Part shown: positions 1 through 11,592 of the stretch, one piece after another | How positions within the stretch are numbered: position 1 is the first letter of the stretch | Layout: every line of letters starts with the position of its first letter | Origin: Octopus vulgaris | Lineage: Eukaryota | DNA: 64,000 nt | Assembly (NCBI GenBank): GCA_951406725.2 | Contig: OX597822.1 | Coordinates: 4,650,001 to 4,714,000 of the forward strand | Direction: 5' to 3' | Program-made: the position numbers and the translations under genes | Notes under the pieces: model-generated | Database searches by the model: none | What the model saw: only the letters and a program-made list of their open reading frames with translations | What the model was told of the DNA's origin: nothing

Positions 1-210
1 TTCAACAAAACCTGTTACTCTGAGTTTCCCGTTGCTGTTCATCGGACAGTTTTTGCTAGAATTCTAGCAAAAACTGTCCGATGAACGGCAACGGGAAACT
101 CAGAGTTTTGTTGAATTTTCTGCTGCTTTAAATAAAGCATATTACTCTACCACTGGTATTTGAGTACTCTTTTTTCCACCTTGTTTCACATTTATGTGTT
201 TACTCCGGTA
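1..210. repeat. Spacerless palindrome (1-115) with hammerhead-like motif; probable inverted Penelope-like pLTR fragments
   Basis: 17-61 pairs with 62-106 (one mismatch) around GAATTC; 1-10 pairs with 106-115; followed by AATAAA and (TA)n. The Penelope assignment is inference. Confidence 0.6.
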
Positions 211-1231
211 TATATATATATGCTAGATAGGCCATAGGCCAATGAGTTTAGAGTCTAAAGAAATGCTGTAAAGCTAAGCCCTTTATGGACATGAAACCCT
301 GGGTAATTCCATAAACTGGCCATATCTATCTTTATCTATATACTCTACTGCTCAGTAACTTGGTGTGTGTTTCTTTTCTGGATAGATAGATAGATAGATA
401 GATGCACATTCATTCCAAACTTAGAAGTAATTCTTCCCTTGCTTTCTTGTACTATTGCTCCTATATAATAAGATTGTTCTTACAATTTAAATCCATTCTG
501 CTTATGCACCCTTAAACATATGTGATGTTGATTGGAAATATGATTCTGTACAGTTTTGTATAATTTTATAAAGATTTCACAACTCTAATACACAAATGAG
601 AGATAAAAGCTCAAACAGACACAATAACTTTATACAACTATCATCCTATATATAATTTATAGGCTTCTCTTAAGATTTCTTTAATTATTACTCTGTATAT
701 GCCCCATCTTACATTTAATAATTTTATATAGCACCTAATTGATTTAATGCATACTTTAAAATACAATCCAGTTTATTTTTCTTTTAATTTATTTATTTAA
801 ATAGACATGAGTAATTTATAAGTTTTGAGGTTTCCATAAGCATGTTTTTATGCCCATTTTATAAATATTTCCCTTCAGTCTAATTTCCCATACGTGTGTG
901 ATTGCAGTTATATTACCTCCCCACTGTTAGCTTTTAGCTTTGTTCATTTAATCTAATTATTGTAAAGTAAGTTTATTTATTTTTCATTAAAATTCACATT
1001 ACTTATTTATTCCTGAGGCTTCTAACAGCTTTCAGTAATTTAATAGTTCTTATTAGCTAATAGAATATTAAAAGACTTGAAGTTTTCATTTACAAAACAT
1101 TTATTTCAACTTGTAATTCTAATCTACCACTAACCACAAATTAGTTTCTTAAGGAGACTTTAAAAATATATACTTATAGTAGGTATGTACTTCTATCAAT
1201 ATATCTCAGCTTTAAGGTGGCAAGATAGCAG

Positions 1232-1654
1232 GGATCTTTTCGGTTTGAACGGCAGTTTTTTCTAGAGGTGTCATATGAAATTGTCACCCATAATTATGAC
1301 CCTAGTATCGATCTATTGCATTTCAATCTGTTTTAGGATTAGGGTTAGGGGTGGGGGGAAGGGTATCTTTTTTTCTTCAGAAATGTAAATAAACCCAATC
1401 TGTTTCTTAAACGAGGGACATATTCATACGGCACAGAATGTTTTTTTTTTTTTACCTCAATAGACGTATTTGATTGGTTGAAATTGCAGAAATGGAAGAA
1501 AAAAACAACAAATATCTTACAAACTATAGAATTTTCTCAATAAAGCCAAGAGAAAAAGATGTTTTATAAACACATTCTACCAGTATATGAAGTTTAAAAT
1601 TTTTTAGTTACCTAGAAATTATGCTAAAAACTGCCATTCAAACCGAAAAGGTTC
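1232..1654. mobile_element. Non-autonomous TIR DNA transposon (MITE) inserted in a SINE head
   Basis: 29-bp TIR ggatcttttcggtttgaacggcagttttt / aaaaactgccattcaaaccgaaaaggttc; degenerate 9-bp TSD agatagcag/aaatagaag; the interrupted SINE resumes at about 1664. Confidence 0.8.
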
Positions 1655-2119
1655 AAATAGAAGAATTGTCAGCACACTGGGCTTGGTGGTATTTCATCCA
1701 TCTTACATTCTAAGTTCAAATTCCACTGAGGTTGACTTTGCTTTTTATCCGTTCGATTGGGGTTGATGTAAAAGACTTGTTATGTTTTTGGGGGTTTGAA
1801 TATCTCGTTGCCACTAATGTTATGACAATGTTGGGGTGTGCACAAGGGTGTAGAATAGTATTACCCAAATGAATATTTGGATATGGTTATCTAGAATAAC
1901 CTTTCACAGAATTAATATGTTTACACAGAATGTGCTCTGTGCTATGCCAAACATAGTTACCATATTAAACTAACACAACATCCAATATGATTAATCAACA
2001 CTGTCAACTGTTCGCTGTCATCAACCGCTGACAGTTATTTATTTTATAGAAATGCATCAGTCCACTTTTAGTTAGGTGGGGGTGGTCAGGGTCCTTTCAT
2101 AATATAATATATATATATT

Positions 2120-2315
2120 AGCTTAGATTGTTGGACGATGCTGCTCGATTTTCTGAATTGGATCCTGTGTATTGTGTTCTCTTCTCTGAGGATCTGGCTG
2201 GGGTTACATCTCATGTTGGTTGGCCACAACTGATGAGGAAGTATCTTGCAGAGAAGGGGACTGACTGGGACAGTGCTCAGAGGGTTGCTCTGAATGAACT
2301 GAGCAGATACTGACG
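2120..2315 (+). mobile_element. Possible decayed RTE-like LINE ORF C-terminus
   Basis: ARFSELDPVYCVLF...W...YLAEKGTDWDSAQRVALN loosely resembles the RTE C-terminal pattern. Confidence 0.3.
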
Positions 2316-2884
2316 AATAGAGGATACAGCCAAGCACTGCAATGGCACATGCCCCTAAACCTGATCTGATCTAACAACAATGCAAACAATTAAATCATGA
2401 TAGTTACCATGAGAGAAACTCTCATATTGGCTTCTGGGGTGTATAAAAGCACCATTACTTACATCACTAGTGGGGAGATAAACCACCTGCAATCCCCATT
2501 GCCACCACCAAGACTACCAGATAAAAGTGCTTATATGCACCGGAAGGTAATATGAGGGTTTCTCTCCTAGCAATTATCACAGTATTTTATGTTCTAACAC
2601 AACCCCCACACTTAAGTGGGGATAAATATTACCTGTTAGCATTAATACTGCTTCAGTCACTAACAAACATTTTTAAAAAAATAAAATCATTGTTAAAGTC
2701 AGTCCATTTACAAGCTACCCAGAATTATACTAAGTTACTGTTTTTATCAAACCTTAGAACGATCATTCCCCAATAAACATTCTCATCACTTTTTTTTCTT
2801 TATATCACTCTCTCTCTCTCTCTCTCTCTCTCTAAACCTTCCATTCCACCTGCCCATCTTCTGACCAACATGTTTATCGTTGTA

Positions 2885-3101
2885 GCTTTTAAACTGGTCA
2901 CATCTGGCTCAAATATTTTACTGCTTTTATGATCAAACCATCTAGATCTAGCTTCTCACATCCACCCTGCAATGGCATTCTCAAAATAAATAATTACATC
3001 ATCAAAATCTCAAAGTTATAAGATAGAGTATGATTAATTAAAAACAATGTGAATAAACAATCATTACATTTGACAGAATAATCTGAATGCCAAGGGGTCA
3101 A
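2885..3101 (-). mobile_element. piggyBac-like MITE family copy (also 35508-35718 and 56698-56927)
   Basis: Three mutually similar ~220 bp copies with degenerate TTAA-CCCTT...AAGGG-TTAA ends. Confidence 0.6.
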
Positions 3102-3195
3102 TTTGCTTCTTGCTCTTTAGACACTCATTTAGTTTACTCTCTCAAATAAAATATAAATTCCTTTCATTGAGAGTTTTCAACAAATTGTAATAAAC

Positions 3196-3860
3196 GCAGG
3201 CATGGCTGTATTGTTAAGATGTTAACTTTCAAACACATGGATTCAAGTTCAGTTCTATTGCATGGCACTTTGGGCAAGGGCCTTCAACTATATCCCTCGG
3301 CTGAACAAAGTCTTGTGAATGGATTTGGCAGACAGAAAACTGAAAGGAAGCTCACCGCATATATTTGTGTGTATGTTTGCACCTGCATTTGACAACTGGT
3401 GCTGGTTTGTTTGCATTGCTGTAACAGTGGTTTGGCAAAAGAAAGTGATACAAGAAGGGCCAGACTAAAAGAAATATGTAATGGGGGTCTGATCCATTTG
3501 ACTAAAACCCATCAAGGTAGTGCCCCAGCATGGCTGCAGTCCACTAACAGAAACAAGTAAAGGATAAAAGATACAGGGTGTGCATGAGTGTGTGTGTGCT
3601 TGTGCATGTGCATGCGTGTTTGTGCCTCATTGTTTTGACATCGTATGATAGTTGTAAATGAGCATCACTGCCATATAAGCAGCATCCGTCATTTCCAATA
3701 TTCTGCAAAAACACATCTAGCTATGGAGAAATATTACGTTGCTTAGAAACGGGTGATGGTTGGTGACATGAAGAGCATCCAGCCAAAGAAAATCTGCCTC
3801 GATTCACTCCATCAGACCCATGCATGTATGCAAAGGAGGACGTTAAAATGATGACCATGA
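3196..3860 (+). mobile_element. tRNA-derived CORE-type SINE followed by a second, RTE-type tail
   Basis: A/B-box-like head, core ggcactttgggcaag, tail ending aacaagtaaaggataaaaga at about 3572, then second tail ending gacgttaaaatgatgacc. Confidence 0.7.
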
Positions 3861-4337
3861 TGTAAAACCCATCATATACACCTGGTTTTTATGATGAGGA
3901 TTTCCTTCTTGTGCATAAAAACAATCTGGTAAAAGTTTTATCACTGACTGAACAAACCAATATGTGAAACTTGGAGTTTCGGCCAACTTAAATTTTCATG
4001 ATAAACATGACTTGACTCTAGTCTTAGTTTACAGTCACACCATCAGCAAATGTTCCCTTTTTATTCTTAAATGGGTTCTAAAATAATAATCTTACTCTAA
4101 CATTTACAAGTTGTAATTATATAACAGTTCTGTTATTAGTTGGCTTTGAAAAGGTACAGAAATGTTCCGGCTTCTTTAAACTGAGAGGAGAGTAGATAAA
4201 ACAAAGCATAGGATAAATCAATATCAAACTAGAAAACAATTGATGATCTGTTGGGCTTCACACAGAAAAATGATTTAGAGTTTTCATAAAAGAACAAATG
4301 TTTAATGCAATAACATCAAATTGCATATAAACAAATC

Positions 4338-4720
4338 AGGCACAGGCATGACTGTCTCATTATGAAATTTGCTTTCCAATTACATGGTTTCAAGTTCAGT
4401 TCTACTGTATGACACTTTGGGCAAATTTTTTGTACTATAGCTCAGAGCCAACCAAAACTTTGTGAATGGATCTGGTACCTGGAAACTGAAAGAAGCTCAT
4501 TGTATTTGTATATATATGCATGTGTGTGTTTGTGTGTTTGTGTTACTTTGTCTTGACATCACATGATAGAAGTAAATGAGCATCATTGTCATACAACTGG
4601 TGTTTCTGTGAAAAGTAAAGGGCTGGTAACTAGAAGGGCATCTAGTGAGAAAACCTGCCTCAGTGAATTCTGTCTGAGGCAAGGAAGCATGGAAAAGTGG
4701 AAGATGATGATGATGATGTA
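4338..4720 (+). mobile_element. CORE-type SINE with RTE-like (GAT)n tail
   Basis: Head aggcacaggcatgactg, core actttgggcaa, central (TG)n, 3' gcatggaaaagtggaagatgatgatg. Confidence 0.7.
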
Positions 4721-5640
4721 TATAATCAAGACTCAATCAGAAAGAATAAAAATATAGAACTACTGACTTTCTTGCACTTTATCATACTTTATACTTAAAA
4801 ACTTGAAAGAAAGGTAGACTGGCAAATATATCACAAGCATGATATGTGTAAAATGTAATCCAGAGTTGTGAATGATCTGTTTATTAGAAACACTAACTCT
4901 AAAGGTTCTTGTAAGAAAATAGAGAATTTAAAAGAATTTTGTCGTTCAACATAAAAGCATTCCTCAAAGTCCTTCTGTTGTTCAAGTACCATTAATATTC
5001 TTTCAAATCAGATTAACAGGGTTTTATAGTCAACTTTAATTTATTTTGAAATTTGCCTTAGGAAATTACTCATTTCCCTTCCCTGAGATCTACCTGTGTG
5101 ACCATTCAACCTTGTTTATCAGTACAGATTTATTTATAGGTTGGGAAAAGAAAAGGTCAAAATATTCCATTCCTACTTGATATCCAATGAAGATAAAAGG
5201 AACAGAATTCTTCAAGCATTGAATCATGTATCACTGATATTTCAAAGACCTATTTCAGTGTTTACCAAGTTTTCTCTCTCTCTCACATTCATACATATCC
5301 ATATATGCATCTATTTATATATACACACACATATATGTCCATGTGTACATATGTATCATGATATATATATATATATTATAAATACACACACACACATTTA
5401 TGTTCACAGACACACATATGTATATATCATCATCATCATCATCATTATTTAGCATCCATTTTCCCTGATGGCATGGGTTAGACGGTTTGATTGGAACTTG
5501 TAACGCAGAGAGCTACATTAGGGTCCATTCTGTTTTGACTTGGTTTCTATGGCTGGATGCCCTTCCTAAGAACCAACTGGGTGTCTTTTACATATATGTA
5601 TGTTGTTATTTATATTTTATTTCAAGATTTCTTAACAATG

Positions 5641-5764
5641 GTGCAGGAGTGGCTGTGTAGTAAGTAGCTTGCTTACCAACCACATGGGTAAATGTCTTCT
5701 ACTATAGCCTCAGGCCAACCAAAGCCTTGTGAGTGGATTTGGTAGAGGGAAACTGAATGAAGCA

Positions 5765-5816
<52 letters not shown>

Positions 5817-6050
5817 GTGTGTTTGTGTGTGTGTGTGTGTGTGTGTATGTTAGTGTGTGTGTTTGTCACCCCCACCATCGCTTGACAACTGATGCTGGTA
5901 TGTTTAAGTTCCTGTAACTTAGCAGTTTGGCAAAAGAAACCGATAGAATAAGTACCAGGCTTACAAAGAATAAGTCCTGGGGTCAATTTGTTCGATTAAA
6001 GCCACTGCTCCAGCATGGACACAGTCAATGACTAAAACAAATAAAAGAGT
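5641..6050 (+). mobile_element. CORE-type SINE with central (TA)n(TG)n
   Basis: Colinear with the young copy at 52180-52592 apart from a short internal deletion. Confidence 0.8.
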
Positions 6051-6054
6051 AATG

Positions 6055-6726
6055 GAGAAAGCGTTGGTTTCTAACCTAGATCCAAAATTCCTTCAATGAA
6101 ATTTCAACATCAACAACGTAGTTGTACATTTATGCATGTATATAGGCAAATATTTAGAGTCAGTTCATGTGCAGATCTGGATGCTTTGTTTTATATGTGT
6201 GTACTCAATCATACAGTCACATGCTAGACTTGTAAAAAGTTTTACATATTTTGACAGTTCCATTGATTGCTTGTATGTGTAGTTTTCTAATCCCTCCCTA
6301 GTTTTGAGAACTCTGAACTTGTCAAGATTGGTGGTGAGTCAGTTTCTTACATATCCTAAAGCCTCAATTCTTACTGGTATAAATCTGAACTTGTAATCCA
6401 GGTAAAGTAGCCCTATATTTCTCAATAGTTCAGCGTAGGTGTTTTCGTTTTACTGATCTTTAGCTTTATGTTGACATCTGCTGGGCGGCTGACTCCCACT
6501 GCTGTCCATAATTTCTCTTCCCCTCTCCTAAATCACCATATCTAGTCTACTATGTTTGCATTTTATTGAGGTTTACAGACGGACATTCTATTAGTAATCT
6601 TTCATGTTATGAGTAGTTATGGTCTCTACTACACTTTATTTCTTATATCTTTGATTTGAGAGTTATCCTTCTGAGGGATCTCATAGTACAGTGTCTTGAC
6701 ACATCATGTCCCATTGGTAGATAATA
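6055..6726 (-). mobile_element. R4/Dong-like non-LTR retrotransposon 3' remnant (restriction-like endonuclease)
   Basis: Minus-strand pieces YYLPMGHDV, KHSRLDMVI, VSRPADVNIKLKI, ENTYAELLRN, YKFRFIPVRIEALGYV fit the RHD / PD..D / K..KY / GALG layout; broken by stops and frameshifts. Confidence 0.65.
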
Positions 6727-8894
6727 ATACAAAGCTTCTTTTAGTTTCTGTCAACCAAATTCACTCACAAGGCTTTGGTCAGGGTGGGGCGATAAAAGAA
6801 GGCACTTGCCCAAGGTACTACCAAGCAGTGGGGCTGAACTCAAGATCACATAGTTGGGAAGCATGCCTCTTAACCACATAGCCATGCCATGAGGAGTTCA
6901 GAGTGACAGAGGTGAGGGGATAAGCTAGTCTCTAAGTTTCATCTAATTTTCTAAGCTTTGTTTCTCAGAACCTCTGTATTCTTACAACACATAACTAAAC
7001 TTTTGAACTCTCAGGATATCTATTACTTTGTATAGACATTGTAAAACTCATCTATGTTTAACCTTCTACCTGATGGGTAGCAGTCAGCAGTAATTTTCTT
7101 GGTGAACATTTGAAGTTTTCCCTATATAAATACAGTTTCTTTTAGCTTTAAAGTGTAGGAGAGAAAAAAGACAACTAATATAGTCACTTAATAAGAAGGC
7201 TTTTTTAAATCAATCTATTACAGTCTAAATGACATTTATGGTCTTGATTTGAGGGAACATCGAAAGTATCTCCAATTTTATCTTTTCTCAAATCAGCTTC
7301 ATCTTTGTTTTTGCTTTAGCACACAAGATAAATATCTTAATCTTTTAATATCCATTACTTAGAATTGAATTTCATATCAGTGTTTTTCTTGGCCTTGCTT
7401 TGGGTAAAACTTCTAATTGAAAAGCAAAACAAAACAAGTTTACTAATTAATTGGATTTTAAGGAGCCATAATCTAAAAGATAATTTCATATCGTGTAAAG
7501 TAAATTAAGAAAATCACAAATGGCTTAGTCTCAGTTGGCATAATTTCAGCCTGAATTTTGTGGTTAATGGTTCTATATCATCACTAGTTCTTCCCTGCCC
7601 CCGCCCCAACTACATGACTCCTTTGTGGAAGTGTAGGGCAGTCGACCACAATCTTCATTGATTAGAGATGCTTGAAACTTTTTCCAACAACAGTCAGCAG
7701 ACTTTTTATGGTGCAAGTAGGGATATCACACATTTGTGGAAATGAAATACAGCCACTTCCAGAGCTTCAGGCGCAGAAGAGGTGTAATAATAGGTGGGAG
7801 CAGTGTGATTCTCTGGTCCCTTGTAGAGATGCATCCTCTGTTGAGGTGCTACATGGTCAAAGACATTGTCTTCATTGATCATCAATGGACAAACATGATA
7901 ACATGAGGCACTTTCTGTTTCCTTCTTCATTTCATTTTCTCTTTGTTTTATTCTTTTATTTACTGCTTAGCAGTAGCCAGGTCATCACTGAGACAACCTC
8001 AGTTGTCTTGATACAAAACATTGTTTATTAATTTTCTAGTTTTATTCATCCAATCATGTGACACAATTCTATCATGTGACATTATCCAAATCCCACATTG
8101 TTTATCTTTCAGCTTATTTACCCTATTCGTCCAATCGTGTGTGACACTTTATTGACTCTATCAGGAGACATTTTTTATACATCGATTCATTTTACGGAGT
8201 TTATTATTTCCCACCAGTCAAGGCTTGATTCTATTACAGTCTTATTCATTTACATTGTGGACAATTGGAATTAGTTTACTATTTTACATTTGATTTTAGA
8301 ATTATTACAATACTTTTTTGTTCATTAATAAATCATTATCTGAGTACAATATCATTATTCATTCCTACATTATAACAATCATCAAATATGACAGACAAAC
8401 TATCATTATCCCAAACACTGCTATATTTTTGCAAAAGATGATCAACTCATCTTGATTTATAATAATGAATATGCACTGGTCAATAGTATTTCATAGACAG
8501 AGGCTCTGTTCTGGCAGTTGTGTAGTCCCAGTGTTACTTAGATAAACATATCACATGGAGATATTCTCACTAGGAAAGCATTGATTTGAGCATGAAGTCA
8601 CTCCCATGCACACTACACCCTCTGGTCCATAGATGGGAAGTCTCCTCTCTCTGCCATTTCAACAGTCTGCTCCTCGGAACTAGCAAGTTCCATACTCAGC
8701 TACTCCCAATTTAATCATCTCTCCTTCTCTTGCCCATCCACATTATGTATACACTCCAGACCCATACTGAGGATGACCTTGACATAAGTGAACAACCAAG
8801 CAGGATTCACAGAATGGGCTGAATACAAAACATGGCTCATGAATTCTCCGTTTTTCTTGAGTCACCATTTCACCATTGTATGCCAATCCATCAC

Positions 8895-9035
8895 GAGATC
8901 ACTCATTTACAGCTGAGTGGACTGCAGCAATGTGAAATGAAGTGTTTTGCTCAAGAACACAGTGCACAGCTGGTCTTGGAATTGAAACTATGATCTCGCA
9001 ATAGCGAGTGCAACACCCTAACTACTAAGCCATGT
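8895..9035 (-). mobile_element. tRNA-derived SINE 5' part (same family as 23811-24052)
   Basis: Minus strand gttagggtgttgcactc...gtttcaattcc...tgtgttcttgagcaaaacacttcatttcac. Confidence 0.6.
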
Positions 9036-9266
9036 GCTTTCACTTATGTCCCATACAAATCTTTCTGCCCAGTCTTTCCTCACTAGAATGTTATCCCCTT
9101 GGAATTCCTTTCCAGCATATATTTTTCCTGCAGCTGCCTGCAAGAAGAATGTTAACTGCACTGGTTTCACCAGTCTGTCTCAGAAGGCCTGGATGCAGCC
9201 TTTTCCCTCAGATACTCTTAAAAATAAAAAAAAAAACAACATAGTCATCCCCATCTTTATTGAATG

Positions 9267-9668
9267 GCATCATCATCATCATTTAGCATCCGCTTTCCAT
9301 GCTAGCATGGGTTGGACGGTTCAACTGGGGTCTGGGAACCCAGAAGGCTGCACCAGGCCCAGTCTGATCTGGCAATGTTTCTATGGCTGGATGCCCTTCC
9401 TAACACCAACCACTCCGTGAGTGTAGTAGGTGCTTTTTACGTGCCGCCGGCACAGGTGCCAGACGAAGCTGGCAAACGGCCACGGTCGGAGGGTGCTTTT
9501 TACGTGCCACCGGCACGGGACCAGGCAAGGCTGGCAATGGCCACGATTGGATGGTTCTTTTTACATGCTACCGGCATGGATGCCCGTCGGGGCAGCGCTG
9601 GCAACGGCCACGTTCGGATGGCTCTCTTACGTGCCACCGGCACTGGTATCACAGCTACAATTTCCATT
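9267..9668 (-). mobile_element. RTE LINE 3' UTR fragment with (GAT)n tail and ~63-bp internal repeats
   Basis: Same terminus as the RTE ORF-linked copy at 62447-63433; related short copies near 5425, 12530, 28345, 31015, 34120, 41345, 53905, 63445. Confidence 0.75.
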
Positions 9669-10153
9669 GTCCAAAAATCTCAGTCTCAAAACATGTGGTC
9701 TTCAAGGCATCATTTCTAAAACAGTAGGAGAGATTGCTGACAAATGTTTCATTCTAGCATAGAGCAGATTATGTCTTAGTGGAAGTTCATTTGCTGGCTT
9801 GAAAGTATTGAATAATTAAAAGGTGTGAGTCATAAACCCCTTTTATAAGTCACCAGAGAAGAGATGGAGTAAGAATTAGAATTGTACACGGGTTGAGTTA
9901 AGTACAGAAAGGCACTCAGCAAGTTAAGTCAGAGATATAGATTTTGATTCTTAGTTGTAATTATTTCCTTGTTAAAGGTATTGTGGCTCCTATTTCTTAT
10001 ATTCAAGCTTTAAATAATCCTACCAGGATTAAGTTCTATTAGAAGGCCACTAGAAACCACTCCTGTGTCTAATCCCGAAAGACATTAAAACAACATAGTG
10101 GTAATGTTGAGGAATGGAGAAAGAAAGAAAGGGAGAGGAGGAGGAGATAGATA

Positions 10154-10158
<5 letters not shown>

Positions 10159-10231
<73 letters not shown>
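10159..10231. repeat. (GA)n microsatellite
   Basis: Direct reading. Confidence 0.95.
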
Positions 10232-10234
<3 letters not shown>

Positions 10235-10661
10235 GGTTGAAATTGGTATTAGCATTAACAATATATTTCTTGAAGAAATAAATATATTTCAGCTTGTTGA
10301 TCTATCATGAGCAAATGAAGTGTCACTTTAAGTTAACAAGAAGCTGTTCTGTGCATAGTATATAAATACTATATAGAACATATGAGATATTAAAAGAAGG
10401 AAGAAGGGCCTGCTTTATGACAGTTTGTTGCTTCAGTTTTCTGTTTACATTTTTGCCTGAGAGTCATTTGTGCTTTCCAGCACCTATGGGCTAAATAAAA
10501 CAAGTGCCAGTTAAATACTGGGCTTGACTGCATTGATAAGAAACCAATTACTATGAGTAACAGAGAGCTCTGTTTACAAAACCAAATCAGCCTCATCCTA
10601 TATCAGCCATGACATATGTAAAACGACAACAACAACAGTAGCAATAACAACATGTTTGTAC

Positions 10662-10752
10662 CTCATAAGTTCTTCAGCATCAGAGTAACTGACAGAATGT
10701 ACAGGAATCTTCGGGTAACTCTTGCTAAAATCAGGTATTTCATGGATATGAT
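10662..10752 (-). CDS. Internal exon D, PA domain end, M28B gene
   Basis: Acceptor ctctattttcAG, donor GTACAA; 91 nt, continues the phase-1 join from exon C; (D)HIHEIPDFSKSYPKIPVHSVSYSDAEELM matches GCPII LPSIPVHPIGYYDAQKLL. Confidence 0.9.
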
Positions 10753-11244
10753 CTGAAAATAGAGGAAAGTTAGTGAAAATAATGGAATAAGTAAATTTCT
10801 TAAAGACTGACAAAATATCAGAGTAAAGAAAATGTGTTGTGTATTTCTTTGTTAGAAAAAAAAACCAAAACATTATCAATGCGAGTGAAGCAATACAAAT
10901 TTCAAAATCTGAGTAGATTAGGGAAATCACTAAAGCGGGACTTGAGATATGTCAAACATTCAAAATAAGGATGAAATTCAAATGAAATGTCTGTAATAAC
11001 AACAAAAGCAATAATGATGATGAAAATTTTCTAATTTTTAAAGTGCTTTACTGTACTTTTTTTGTTTACATGGAAGACCAGTTTTTATGTAAAAATATAC
11101 AGTATAAATGTGTGTGTGGGTGGGCTTGTTGCCCCCATGACTGTGCTGAAGACTATTATATAACAGATATTATAGCTATTGTTAATAAAACATATGTAAG
11201 ATTGTAATGTATTGAATAAATGTAAAAAATTTATATCCAGGCTT

Positions 11245-11282
<38 letters not shown>

Positions 11283-11507
11283 CATATATACATACACACA
11301 TATATACACACATATCTATATGTGTGTGTGTATATATATATGTGTGTGTGCAGGCATGGTTGTGTGGTAAGAAGTTAGCTTCTCAACCACATAGTTCCAG
11401 GTTCAGTCTCACTGCGTGACACACCTTGTGCAAGTGTCTTCCACTGTAGCCACAGGCTGACCAAGGCCTTATGAGTAGATTTGGTAGTCAGAATTGATAG
11501 AAGCCTG

Positions 11508-11538
<31 letters not shown>

Positions 11539-11557
11539 AGAGGCGTCTTTCAATTAC

Positions 11558-11592
<35 letters not shown>

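Noticed and set aside
8480-8890. Possible CR1-like LINE remnants (also 7620-7900 and 11880-12480)
   Set aside because: Only faint motif resemblance; cannot be supported without a database search
9429-9643. CRISPR-like repeat/spacer pattern
   Set aside because: The spacers are homologous to each other, the array is part of an RTE 3' UTR, the context is eukaryotic and there are no cas genes
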